Origin: an uncultured bacterium
Lineage (GTDB): Bacteria; B130-G9
Reading direction: 5' to 3'
DNA length: 64,000 nucleotides
NCBI GenBank assembly: GCA_965372715.1
Contig: CBDVDH010000001.1
Location: 62,001 to 126,000, forward strand
Part shown: positions 1 to 9,643 of the stretch, piece by piece
Layout: every line of letters begins with the position of its first letter
Position numbering within the stretch: position 1 is the stretch's first letter
Notes under the pieces: generated by a model
The model's input: the letters and a program-made list of their open reading frames with translations, nothing else
What the model was told of the DNA's origin: nothing
The model's database searches: none
Position numbers and translations under genes: made by a program

Positions 1-107
1 AGGTTACGGCTCGTGAGGCGCCCTTGCAAGGTGTTCTTCGCCGGGGCACTATTCTTGCATCTGCACGTGCCAGGAACCATGACGCAAAGGGGCTTTTAGT
101 GGCGAAG

Positions 108-1316
108 ATGCGTGGGTCGATGTTTATGCTCGTCTTGCTTGCAGCTGCGTTCGCGGCCACGCTGGTCGTTCTTTATCCGGAGTGGCAGAAGCTGGCGGAT
201 ACAGCGTCCGGGCATCGGGGGGCCTCACCGGTGGTGGTTGGGTCGGACAGACAAGCCAGTCAGACCGCGCGGTCGGCAGGGCAAAGGCCCCATGGGCACC
301 TCGAGAATGCCTGGTCGTTCCAGACGCAGCACAAGTGGCAGTATCGGGACCCATTCCTGAAGAGGGCGGTTGACCAGCTCGGCGGGATGATCTGCTCGGA
401 CATCGTGGTCGGCCAGAATAGGGTCTATTTTGGCAGCGAGGGCGGCTTCGTCTATTGCCTGTCGCTCGATGGAGAGCCGATTTGGAGCTTCGAGACGTTG
501 GGCGCCAGGGTTGCCGCGCCCGTGGTGACTAGGGACAGACTGTTCTGCGGCTCCGAGGACAACTACCTCTATGCGCTCGAGCCTGCGACTGGGCGGCAGG
601 TCTATCGCTACAACGCCGAGTCCGAGGTCTTGACAACGCCCCTTGTGGTCGGCGACCGGCTGATATTTACCGCGCGAATGGGCCGCGTCTTCGCGCTAAG
701 GCCCGACTTTGGCGGGGAGCTTTGGACCTATCAGCACGATCACCTAATAAGGTCTTCCCCGGCGAGTGATGGGGAGTTCGTATTCGTCGGGCTCGATTCA
801 GGGGAGATTCTGGCGCTCCAGCTCGCATCCGGCGAGCTCAAGTGGTCGCTTGATGCAAAGAGTGCAGTCCGTTCGACGCCCATCGTATGGAACGGCAGGC
901 TGCTCGTCGCATGCTGGGATGGCAGACTGCTCTCGATCTCGATCGCCACTCGTCAATTGCTGTTCGAGGCGCAGCTCAAGGGCTTTGTCAGATCGACGCC
1001 GCAGCTCGTCGGCGACCGCATCTTCATATCGACCCTCGATGGGTTCGTGTTTGCCGTCTCGGCCACGGATGGAAGCGTCATCTGGTCGCGGAAGTGCGGC
1101 GATACGATCGAGGCCTCGTCTCTGGTCTCGCCGGACGGGAAGAGGCTTTATGTGGGCACGTGGAGCGGATTGTTCTGCACTCTTGACGTCGGGACAGGCG
1201 AGATTGTGGCGACGAGGGACCTCGGCTCGATGATCGCAAGGCAAGCCGCATTCACGCCGGACGGGAAGATACTGGTCGGAACCAAGGATGGCCGCCTCTA
1301 TTGCCTGTGGCGATAG
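108..1316 (+). CDS. Membrane-anchored PQQ-like beta-propeller repeat protein (BamB-like repeats)
   Basis: N-terminal hydrophobic helix, then repeated 'S.P.V.G.R.F.G..DG..YAL...G...W' blades. Start moved to ATG 108. Confidence 0.85.
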   Translation: MRGSMFMLVLLAAAFAATLVVLYPEWQKLADTASGHRGASPVVVGSDRQASQTARSAGQRPHGHLENAWSFQTQHKWQYRDPFLKRAVDQLGGMICSDIVVGQNRVYFGSEGGFVYCLSLDGEPIWSFETLGARVAAPVVTRDRLFCGSEDNYLYALEPATGRQVYRYNAESEVLTTPLVVGDRLIFTARMGRVFALRPDFGGELWTYQHDHLIRSSPASDGEFVFVGLDSGEILALQLASGELKWSLDAKSAVRSTPIVWNGRLLVACWDGRLLSISIATRQLLFEAQLKGFVRSTPQLVGDRIFISTLDGFVFAVSATDGSVIWSRKCGDTIEASSLVSPDGKRLYVGTWSGLFCTLDVGTGEIVATRDLGSMIARQAAFTPDGKILVGTKDGRLYCLWR

Positions 1317-1376
1317 GCGAGCTGGGATGATCTTCTGTCCAACAGCTTCCCCAAAGCAGGGCCGTCAATCGCCTCC

Positions 1377-1410
1377 ATCTGATTATTGGGGTCCCCCCCA
1401 ATAATCAGAT
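1377..1410. terminator. Perfect 15-bp hairpin downstream of the propeller gene; probable terminator
   Basis: ATCTGATTATTGGGG-TCCC-CCCCAATAATCAGAT; no clear U-tract. Confidence 0.5.
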
Positions 1411-1433
1411 TGATACGGACAGGAGGCGAAGAT

Positions 1434-1610
1434 TTGGAGTGCGGCGGCCCGACGCCGCTTTCATTGGTGGTGGCTTGACACCACCCTCAGACAGATTGCT
1501 CTTTCGACCTTTCAGACAGCGGTCTGGAGGCCTGGACGCCAATCGACGTAGGGCCCGATGCCGCGTCAGGCCGCGGCGAGCCAAAGCGGTGCCGGGACAC
1601 CGCACTCCAA
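1434..1610. repeat. Inverted pair of palindromic REP-like elements (TTGGAGTGCGG...CCGCTTT / AAAGCGG...CCGCACTCCAA)
   Basis: Facing copies at 1434-1461 and 1583-1610; another single copy near 35121-35149. Confidence 0.65.
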
Positions 1611-1807
1611 AATCACCCAATGGGTGCGACTCACACCCCGACCCCCGTCCCACTCATCACCTTTGGGCAGCCGCAAAACGTCTTAGCCCCACCATCTTTC
1701 TTGCCGTCAATGTGATTATTCGCGTCCCAGATTGGGGTTGAAACTTCGTTGGTGGCTGGCGTATTATTACTTTGTCTTCTGCCTGGCCGCAAAATGGAGG
1801 CATCTTC

Positions 1808-3562
1808 ATGCTCAGATATGCGCTGATTCTTCTCACCCTGGTTCTATCAACGTTCGGGCTGGTGTGGGCCGGCAACTATTATGTCGATGTCAATGGGGGC
1901 AGCGATTCCAATTCCGGTAGCTCCGCCCAGGATGCTTGGAAAACGATTACGCACGCACTCGATAGTGTTCAGGACTTGGCCTCGGCCTCGAATCCGGTCA
2001 CGATCTGCATCGCCCAGGGCACGTATTCTCCGGCTGCTGGTGAATCGTTCGGCCTCGGGATGCGGGACTACGTCTCGCTTAAGGGGGCTGGCGGTGATTT
2101 CAAGACGATCCTTGATGCGCAAGGCATTGATAGAGTCATTTATTGTATCATCGCCCGGCAAGTTACGATCTCTGACGTTGTGATCATGAACGGTAAGACC
2201 GAGGGGGACGGCGCTGGCATAATGGCCATCTGCTCCTCGCCGATCATCGAGCGCTGCACCTTTGTCACAAATCGTGTTGTCAGGGCAGGCGGAAGCGGTG
2301 CCGGGCTATCCGGTCTATCGGAGGACTGCCATCCGGTAGTCATGAACTGCAACTTCATCGCGAACAATTCAAAGGCCTACGGCGGCGCGATCGCATGTGT
2401 TGATGTAACCGTAATCAACTGCGTTTTCGATTCTAATGAGGCGGGCGAAGACGGAGGTGCGATTGAGGTCTTCATGGGCGAGGGCCTCATCGAGGGGTGC
2501 ACCTTCACTAATAACCAGGCAAGCTTGGGCGGCGCGGTGCACTCCTACTGCGCGGAGTCGATGGTCATTAGACGGTGCGAGATGACGGGCAACGTTGCCT
2601 ACGACGGAGGCGGCCTCTATCTCAGCTACATCGAGAACGCGCTCGTTGAGGACTGCCTAGTGCTCCGGAACACGGCGCAGCACGATGGCGGCGGAATACT
2701 ACTTTATGAGAGCTCACCCGTTGTCAACAACTGCCTTATAGCGGGGAATCAGACCGCCCACTTTGGCGGTGGGATACAGCTATCATGTGCGCTGCCCGAG
2801 ATTCTATGCACAACCGTTGCAGACAACCGGGCGGGCGTCGAGGGTGACGGCATCTGCTGCGCATTTGGTGTGAATGCCACTATAGTAGATTGCATATTGT
2901 GGGGCAACCGCGATAACGAGCTGGTTCTGGCCACCGTCTCGTACTCGAACGTTCAGGACCAGCTGAAGGAAGGCCCGGGCAACATCTCTGAGGACCCGCT
3001 CTTCGTCGAGGGTGAGGATTGTGACTACTTGCTTACCCAGACCGCCGCTGGACAGTCGTCCGACAGTCCCTGTCTGGACGCCGGCAGCGCCGAAGCGCAG
3101 AAGCTGGGAATGCACCTTTATTCGACGCGGACCGACAACAGCGCGGACGTAGGGACTGTCGATATGGGCTATCACGTTCCGGTGGCCATGCCTCGCATCT
3201 ACGCCTGGCCTGCCAGCGACATCTATGTGCGCGGAGAGCTTTTCGGAGCCATCGTCGCGGCCAGCAACGAGGGCCCAGACACGTTTGCTGACGTCTATGC
3301 AGGGTTCATCAAACCGGGCGGCGAAGTCGTTTGTTTCACTTCTCAGGGCCTCTGTGGCGAGCTCTCGGCGTGGGTTTCTAACCTCACGTTGGAGCATGAC
3401 TTTTCCTTTGAGCCACAGGTGCTGATAAGATATGAGATCTCTGACGATTGGGCCGCGGGTGAGTATGTGTTCTTCATCGCCTTCTGCCGGCCTCAACTCA
3501 CTGAACCGATCGGGAATCCTGCTTTTTCCAGCTTTGCCGTGGTAGAGGAGCTCTGGCCTTAA
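1808..3562 (+). CDS. Secreted DUF1565-like / right-handed parallel beta-helix protein with C-terminal accessory domain
   Basis: GGAGG RBS, signal peptide, 'YVD...GSDSNSG.S...AWKTITHAL' motif, 'N.A..GGAI' repeats, 'DSPCLDAG...DMGYH' cap. Confidence 0.85.
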   Translation: MLRYALILLTLVLSTFGLVWAGNYYVDVNGGSDSNSGSSAQDAWKTITHALDSVQDLASASNPVTICIAQGTYSPAAGESFGLGMRDYVSLKGAGGDFKTILDAQGIDRVIYCIIARQVTISDVVIMNGKTEGDGAGIMAICSSPIIERCTFVTNRVVRAGGSGAGLSGLSEDCHPVVMNCNFIANNSKAYGGAIACVDVTVINCVFDSNEAGEDGGAIEVFMGEGLIEGCTFTNNQASLGGAVHSYCAESMVIRRCEMTGNVAYDGGGLYLSYIENALVEDCLVLRNTAQHDGGGILLYESSPVVNNCLIAGNQTAHFGGGIQLSCALPEILCTTVADNRAGVEGDGICCAFGVNATIVDCILWGNRDNELVLATVSYSNVQDQLKEGPGNISEDPLFVEGEDCDYLLTQTAAGQSSDSPCLDAGSAEAQKLGMHLYSTRTDNSADVGTVDMGYHVPVAMPRIYAWPASDIYVRGELFGAIVAASNEGPDTFADVYAGFIKPGGEVVCFTSQGLCGELSAWVSNLTLEHDFSFEPQVLIRYEISDDWAAGEYVFFIAFCRPQLTEPIGNPAFSSFAVVEELWP

Positions 3563-3716
3563 AGAGTGCCGTTAGACCTAGCGGTTGATCGACGCCATTC
3601 CCTGTTTCTGTGCTGCGGAAACCCCTTGGCGGCCAGCGCTTTGCGTTTCGCAACTCGCCTGCTATTCTCGCATCCGATTGATTCCAAACCGTTGATACAC
3701 GCAAGGAGAGTCGTAG

Positions 3717-5033
3717 ATGTCCAGATCGATGGGTCTTGTCAGATACACCACCGCCGAGGTCCTTGAGTATCATCGAAATAACTTCGGCGGGGCCGGTAAG
3801 TTCGAGATAATGAGCAAGGTCCCCGTTCGCGACGCCAAGGACCTGACGCTTGCATACACGCCGGGCGTTGCGGATGTCTGCCGGGCAATCGAACGCGATC
3901 CCGAGAAGGTCCATGAGTACACGGCCAAGGACAACACGATAGTAGTTCTGACGGACGGGACAGCGGTCTTGGGCCTGGGCGACATCGGCCCCGCGGCCGG
4001 CTTGCCCGTGATGGAAGGCAAATCGGTCCTCTTCAAGATGCTGGCGGGAGTTGACGCTTTTCCGCTCTGCATCGCCACAAAGGACGCTGACAAGATCGTC
4101 GAGTTTGCCCAGATGCTCGAGCCTTGCGTCGGCGGCATCAACCTGGAGGACATTTCCGCGCCTCGTTGCTTCGACATTCTTAAGAGGCTGCGCGAGGAGC
4201 TTTCAATACCCGTGTTCCACGACGACCAACACGGCACCGCTGTCGTCGTCCTGAGTGGCCTGATCAACGCTCTCAAGATCGTCTCAAAGCGGCTTGAGGA
4301 CGTTAAGATCACCGTCAATGGCGCTGGGGCGAGCGGCATCGCCGTAACTGAGCTCTTGATGCGCGCTGGCGCGAAGCACGTCATCCTGTGTGACACGAAA
4401 GGCGCGATTTACAAAGGCCGTTCGGTCGGGATGAACCCTTACAAAGAGACGATTGCCGAGCGCACCAATCTCGAAATGGTGAAGGGCACGCTTGCCGATG
4501 CAATGAGAGGCGCCGATGTCTTTCTGGGATTGTCAGTTGCCAAACAGGTCAGCGGCCAGATGGTGCGCTCGATGGGGAAGGATGCGATCGTCTTTGCGAT
4601 GGCCAATCCGGAGCCGGAGATAATGCCCGAAGAGGCGAAGGAGGCAGGCGCGAGGATCATCGCGACGGGCCGCTCGGACTATCCGAACCAGATCAACAAC
4701 GTCTTGGGCTTCCCCGGTCTTTTCCGAGGCGCGCTTTCGGCCAGAGCGAGCGACATGAACGAGGCGATGTTCATCGCGGCCGCCGACGCGCTAGCATCCC
4801 TCGTGATCGACTCGGAGCTTCGCGAGGATTACATCATAACCAGCCCTATTGACCCCCGCGCGATGCCGAGTGAGGCGCGCGCCGTCGCGCAGGCGGCGAT
4901 TGATTCCGGCGTCGCCCGGATCGACGTCGATCCCGACCGGGTATATCGCTACACGGCCTATCTGCGTGATGTTCTCGAGAAGCGCTACGCCTTCTTCGAG
5001 CGATACGTGAAGGAGCACCCGTTTAAGGGCTAA
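3717..5033 (+). CDS. NAD(P)-dependent malic enzyme (short type, no PTA domain)
   Basis: AYTPGVA, DGTAVLGLGDIG, PVMEGK, INLEDI, FHDDQHGT, GAGASG, ATGRSDYPNQINNVLGFPG. Confidence 0.95.
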   Translation: MSRSMGLVRYTTAEVLEYHRNNFGGAGKFEIMSKVPVRDAKDLTLAYTPGVADVCRAIERDPEKVHEYTAKDNTIVVLTDGTAVLGLGDIGPAAGLPVMEGKSVLFKMLAGVDAFPLCIATKDADKIVEFAQMLEPCVGGINLEDISAPRCFDILKRLREELSIPVFHDDQHGTAVVVLSGLINALKIVSKRLEDVKITVNGAGASGIAVTELLMRAGAKHVILCDTKGAIYKGRSVGMNPYKETIAERTNLEMVKGTLADAMRGADVFLGLSVAKQVSGQMVRSMGKDAIVFAMANPEPEIMPEEAKEAGARIIATGRSDYPNQINNVLGFPGLFRGALSARASDMNEAMFIAAADALASLVIDSELREDYIITSPIDPRAMPSEARAVAQAAIDSGVARIDVDPDRVYRYTAYLRDVLEKRYAFFERYVKEHPFKG

Positions 5034-5303
5034 GGATGACTTTTGCAGCCTGCAGCGATTCTTGTTGGCTTACTCTGGGTTCAGCTGTTGGCGTAGGTCA
5101 TTTGCTGCCTTTGGCAGCAAGCGACCTGCCATCAGATTGCCGTGCAACGGACCGAATCGCCGGTCATATAGCTCCGGTTGTCGTGCCGACGCGACGCGCA
5201 CGCGGCGCCTCGGCCCATGTCTTGGGAGCGGCGGCTCGCCGTCGGCGGAGGGGTCTGGGGACACGTTCGCCGTACGGCGAATCCCCAGCTATGATTAATC
5301 GCT

Positions 5304-6446
5304 TCACACCAGCCAGACGATCACCTCGTCCGTGACGAGCACGCCCTCGTCCGTCAGCCGCAGCCAGCCGTCCTGGACCTCGATGAGGCGGGCGTTCAGT
5401 AGCCTCTCGATTTGCCCGGCTCGTGCGGACGCGAGGTCGTAGCCCTCCCGCTCGGCGAGCCCGTCGAGACAAATGCCCTTTCGCATCCGCAGACCCAGCA
5501 TTATCGCCTCGTCGATTCGTTGCTTCCGGGTCAAGGTTTCCTGCTCGCTGACGGGGCTTTTTCCGTTTTGCAGCCGCCTCACGTACTCGTCGTGGTCGTC
5601 AGTGTTCTTGCGCCGGACGCCATCGACGAACGAGCTGGCCGCACAGCCCAGGCCGAGGTACTCGCCGCCTCGCCAGTAGTTCAGGTTGTGCCTGGACTGA
5701 AAGCCCGGCCGCGCCCAGCTCGAAACCTCGTATTGAACGTAGCCTGCCTCCGCAAGCTTGTCCCTGACAGCCTCATACATCGTGCGCTGCTGGTCCTCGG
5801 GAATCGGTCTGAATTTCCGACCTCGCAAGTCATCGTGGAGCCGCGTGCCCTCGGGAATTGAGAGCCCATAGACGGAGATGTGCTCGGGACCAAGCGAGAT
5901 TGCGGTCTCAACTGAGTACATCAGCTCATCGAGCGTTTCTCCAGGGGTCCCGTAGATGAGGTCTAGATTGGTGTTGCGACAGCCCATCGCGCGAACAACC
6001 TCGAAGCAGCTCTGCGCCTCGTCTGGCGAGTGGATGCGGCCGAGAACCTTCAGCGTGTGCTCGTTGAGGCTCTGGACGCCGATGCTCAGGCGCGTCGCCC
6101 CGAAAGCGAGCAGCTCGCCGACGCAATGCGAATGGACTGTGCCCGGATTCATCTCGACCGCAACCTCGACATCATCTGAAACGGGCAGTTCCTTGAGGCA
6201 ATCGCTCAGCAGGTCGGCCAAGTAGGCTGCCCCGACAGATGTGGGCGTTCCGCCACCGATATAGATCGTCTCGACCTGTCTGCCTGCAGTTCCTAGCCAT
6301 GTGCCGGCATCTGGGATTTCGATCCCAATAAGCGCGTCGAAATACGCCTGAACGTGCCCTTTTGCCAGCGGATAGGACACGAAATCACAATACGCGCACT
6401 TCTTGACGCAGAACGGGATATGAATGTAAACGCCGATGGGCTTCAT
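5304..6446 (-). CDS. hemW: Radical SAM heme chaperone HemW (HemN-like)
   Basis: YIHIPFC..KCAYCDF (CxxxCxxC), GGGTPT, YEVSSW, HNLNYW. Confidence 0.88.
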   Translation of the reverse strand: MKPIGVYIHIPFCVKKCAYCDFVSYPLAKGHVQAYFDALIGIEIPDAGTWLGTAGRQVETIYIGGGTPTSVGAAYLADLLSDCLKELPVSDDVEVAVEMNPGTVHSHCVGELLAFGATRLSIGVQSLNEHTLKVLGRIHSPDEAQSCFEVVRAMGCRNTNLDLIYGTPGETLDELMYSVETAISLGPEHISVYGLSIPEGTRLHDDLRGRKFRPIPEDQQRTMYEAVRDKLAEAGYVQYEVSSWARPGFQSRHNLNYWRGGEYLGLGCAASSFVDGVRRKNTDDHDEYVRRLQNGKSPVSEQETLTRKQRIDEAIMLGLRMRKGICLDGLAEREGYDLASARAGQIERLLNARLIEVQDGWLRLTDEGVLVTDEVIVWLV

Positions 6447-6508
6447 GAAGCTCAGCCTACACACTAAGGCGATAGTGGTGCAATCCTGAATGAAGAGCGA
6501 TCACTCTA

Positions 6509-6537
6509 TTGCCAATTCCGCAACTCCTGTGTATAAA
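6509..6537 (+). promoter_or_regulatory. Putative sigma70 promoter for the ATPase-DUF3226-que operon
   Basis: TTGCCA-17 bp-TATAAA upstream of an AAGGAG RBS and ATG 6575. Confidence 0.55.
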
Positions 6538-6574
6538 TGCTCTATGTAGGCAACGCACATTAAGGAGACTGCCC

Positions 6575-7663
6575 ATGTATAAGTCATTCGAGATCAAGAA
6601 CTTCAAGTGCTTCGAGCACCTGAAGCTGGACAACCTCGCCCGTGTCAACTTGATAGCTGGCAAGAACAGCGTCGGCAAGTCGGCGCTGCTGGAGGCGATA
6701 TACCAACACTGCGATGGTCGTAATCCTTGGTTGCTCTCGCGAGTGAGAGCACTACGCCGCGTAGAGCTCGGAGGTTCAAGTCGCGCGCAGAGTATGACTC
6801 ATCTTTTTGGCGAGTTCGTCCGAGACTTCGACGCAGAAAGCCGCATCGAGACAATCTCCGATGCAGGTTCGCAGAGCGCTCGCATGATGCGACTCAGACT
6901 AGTGCCGGCAGGGGACACCAATGGCGAGGATGCTGGACTCACTTCTGACTCCGAAGCGACCCACAACGACCTTTGGCTTGGAATGCCGGCAGCAATAGAA
7001 GCAGAATCTGTGAATGGTGATAACAAGGAGGTTCGGCGGGCCTATATTCTGAATGGCAAGCAAGTGCTGAAACCGCCCTTGGATCCCAATCAACCTCCTC
7101 ACTTTGTTCTGCCGTATTCAAGGGGGGCTAGATATCCGATTGATCATCAAGAGGATGCCCGTCTCCTCAGTGCGTTGGTCAAAAGCGGCCTGGCGAGTGC
7201 GGTTCGCCATGTCTTGACGAGCTTGGAGCCGCGGCTGACATGGTTAGAGGTTCTTCACGAGGGTGACATCGCAATGATTCATGGCCGCATCGATCTTAGT
7301 CAACCTGTTCCGCTCGTCGCTATGGGGGACGGAATGGTCCGTCTCGCGAGCCTTATCCTCGTTTTCAGCAAGACTGGGAATGGTGTCGTTTTGCTGGATG
7401 AGATCGAGAATGGTCTTCACTACTCGATCCTCGACAAGGTTTGGGAAGCAATAGGCATGGCTGCGAGGCAATTCAAGGTTCAAGTCTTCGCCACGACTCA
7501 CAGTTTCGAATGCATCGAGGCGGCTCACAGAGCCTTTCGTGGCGAACATGCGGACGAATTGGGCTTCTACAGGCTTGTTGAGATCGATGGCAAGATCGAG
7601 AATACGAGATACAGCAGCGAGACGCTTGCAGATGCCATTGAGACCGGCTGGGAGGTGCGCTGA
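6575..7663 (+). CDS. ABC-class AAA_15/AAA_21-type ATPase
   Basis: IKNFKCF, Walker A GKNSVGKS, MGDG signature, Walker B LLDEIENGLH, H-loop TTHS. Confidence 0.9.
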   Translation: MYKSFEIKNFKCFEHLKLDNLARVNLIAGKNSVGKSALLEAIYQHCDGRNPWLLSRVRALRRVELGGSSRAQSMTHLFGEFVRDFDAESRIETISDAGSQSARMMRLRLVPAGDTNGEDAGLTSDSEATHNDLWLGMPAAIEAESVNGDNKEVRRAYILNGKQVLKPPLDPNQPPHFVLPYSRGARYPIDHQEDARLLSALVKSGLASAVRHVLTSLEPRLTWLEVLHEGDIAMIHGRIDLSQPVPLVAMGDGMVRLASLILVFSKTGNGVVLLDEIENGLHYSILDKVWEAIGMAARQFKVQVFATTHSFECIEAAHRAFRGEHADELGFYRLVEIDGKIENTRYSSETLADAIETGWEVR

Positions 7664-8331
7664 TGCCAAAGAGTAAGAGATGGATGCGACCGCAGTTTCG
7701 CAATACGATGGTGACTCAGCCTAACGTATTACTCGTTGAAGGCAAGAATGATGCGATCCTATTTCATGAATTGGTCGGCCATCTCCAGCTTGGTCAAATC
7801 CAGATCGTCGAATCGGTGGGGAAAGATAACTTCTCCAAAACGCTTAGTCGAATCGCTAAGAACACAAATGACTTCCGGCTGCAGAGAGTAAAGTCAATCG
7901 GTGTAATCGGAGATGCGGATGAAGACGCGAGAATCGCTCGCCGGGATATATGCCAGGCCCTATATTCGGTTGGCCTTTCCGGCGACGCAGAAGAACTATA
8001 TGTTGTTCCGGGAAAGCCCGAAGCACGCATCCTCATCCTGCCGGGCAACGACGACCCGGGCGCTCTGGAGTCCGTCTGCCTTGAGTCAGTCCAAGATGAT
8101 ATCCAAATGCCCTGTGTAGAAGAATTCTCCGCCTGCGTGGAAAGCAAATGGGAGACCTCATCGGTGTCGAAGTTCGACAAGATGAAAGCGCACGCCTTCT
8201 TGGCTACTAGATACGATAATCCCGAACTTCGGCTTGGCGAAGCCGCAGAAGAGCGGATTTGGCCGTTCGACCACGAGGCTTTTGAGGAGGTTAGGGATTT
8301 TCTTCAGAGGCTTGTGGAGCTTCCTAAATGA
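7663..8331 (+). CDS. DUF3226-like TOPRIM-fold protein, partner of the ATPase
   Basis: LLVEGKND, GDAD (DxD), 'LPG...GALESVCL', 'K.KAHAFLA', 'WPFDH'; overlaps the ATPase stop. Confidence 0.75.
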   Translation: MPKSKRWMRPQFRNTMVTQPNVLLVEGKNDAILFHELVGHLQLGQIQIVESVGKDNFSKTLSRIAKNTNDFRLQRVKSIGVIGDADEDARIARRDICQALYSVGLSGDAEELYVVPGKPEARILILPGNDDPGALESVCLESVQDDIQMPCVEEFSACVESKWETSSVSKFDKMKAHAFLATRYDNPELRLGEAAEERIWPFDHEAFEEVRDFLQRLVELPK

Positions 8332-9050
8332 CAGCTAGGCAAAAAGCAGTCGTCCTACTTTCCGGGGGGCTGGACTCGACGGTTGCGCTGGCTTGGGCGG
8401 TGCGGCAATACGATGTCAAGCGGGGGATTTTCGTTGGCTACGGGCACAAGGCGTTCAAGATGGAGGCGACCGCGGTCACGGGTATCGCTTGGCACTACAA
8501 GGTTGAGGTTACGAACGTCACGCTGCCATTCTACACCGAGGTGCGCCAGAGCTTCGCCGCTTTGAACAGGGATAGAGCCTCCGAAGGCTCTCCAGAGGGT
8601 CGGGGGAAGACCGATGAGGTGCGCCGGGTCTGGGCGCCAAACCGGAATATGGTGTTCGTGTCGATTGCGGCCGCGTTCGCCGAGGCGCTGGGCTGCGAGG
8701 CTGTGGTGGCCGGTTTCAACGCAGAGGAGGCGGAGCAGTTCCCGGACAACAGCGCCGAGTTCGTAAAGAGAATGAATCGGGCGCTTGAGCTCTCGACGCT
8801 TTCTCGTGTCAGGCTGGCGTGTCCTTTGATTGAACTCAGAAAGGCCGAGATACTCAGAATGGGCGTTGAGTTGGACGCGCCGCTTGAGCTCATCTACTCC
8901 TGCTACGAGGGCGATGAGATGATGTGCGGCGAGTGCATGTCTTGCGTTCGTCTGAAGGATGCCGTGTCCGAGCTTTCGGAAAAAGAAGGACTCAGCGCCG
9001 AGGTCGGGGCCAAGTTTCATGAAGCTATAAATGGCAGATTCATCAAATGA
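8328..9050 (+). CDS. queC: 7-cyano-7-deazaguanine synthase
   Basis: LLSGGLDS, PNRN, FPDNS, zinc site SCY...CGECMSC. Confidence 0.92.
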   Translation: MTARQKAVVLLSGGLDSTVALAWAVRQYDVKRGIFVGYGHKAFKMEATAVTGIAWHYKVEVTNVTLPFYTEVRQSFAALNRDRASEGSPEGRGKTDEVRRVWAPNRNMVFVSIAAAFAEALGCEAVVAGFNAEEAEQFPDNSAEFVKRMNRALELSTLSRVRLACPLIELRKAEILRMGVELDAPLELIYSCYEGDEMMCGECMSCVRLKDAVSELSEKEGLSAEVGAKFHEAINGRFIK

Positions 9051-9643
9051 AGTGGGCGTTCATTCCAGAGAGAATCGACTACGATGGCAGCCAGCTGGCG
9101 GCGCATTTCGCATACAAGAGCGCCTCGCTTGTCGGCGACTCGATCGTCGCCTTCGTAGGGGCCTGCAACGTTCGACCTGAGTGTATGGTCGATGTGGCGG
9201 ACCTGGCAAGCGGCAGCAGGATTGCCAGCCGGCAGATGCTGCATTTTATCGTCGAGCATTTCGATGCTGACATGGAGAGGGCGGTGCTTCGACAGCGATT
9301 GCTGGTTTGCATCTTGCAGCAGGCAGTGAATACGCGGCTCCGTGAGAACAAGAGCGACAGATTCGTCGAAAGGGATGGCGACGACCTGTTCGTGGGCGAT
9401 AGAAAGCTGACCGTGAGCGTCGCCACCGCGAGTCCCGTCTCGTGCATCATTCACCTCGGCGTCAACATTGATGCGAGGGGCGCTCCGAATGATGCGATTG
9501 GGCTGTCAGAGTTGCTCCCCAGAAAAGGTCTCGAGACGCTGACTACGGATGTGATGGTCCGATACGTTGCGGAGCACGAGAGTGTTCGCGAAGCGCGGTC
9601 GCTTGTTCGAGGCGTGACCGAGTTCGGCGGCAAGGGCAATTGA
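9047..9643 (+). CDS. DUF366 family protein (lipoyl/biotin ligase-like fold)
   Basis: YDGSQL, GDSIVAF.G.C.V, MLHFIVEHFD, RQRLLV, R.GDDL, KLTVSVAT, IHLGVN. Confidence 0.85.
   Translation: MKWAFIPERIDYDGSQLAAHFAYKSASLVGDSIVAFVGACNVRPECMVDVADLASGSRIASRQMLHFIVEHFDADMERAVLRQRLLVCILQQAVNTRLRENKSDRFVERDGDDLFVGDRKLTVSVATASPVSCIIHLGVNIDARGAPNDAIGLSELLPRKGLETLTTDVMVRYVAEHESVREARSLVRGVTEFGGKGN

Noticed and set aside
5304-6446. True coproporphyrinogen dehydrogenase HemN
   Set aside because: Short N-terminus and the CDF/HNxxYW motifs fit HemW.
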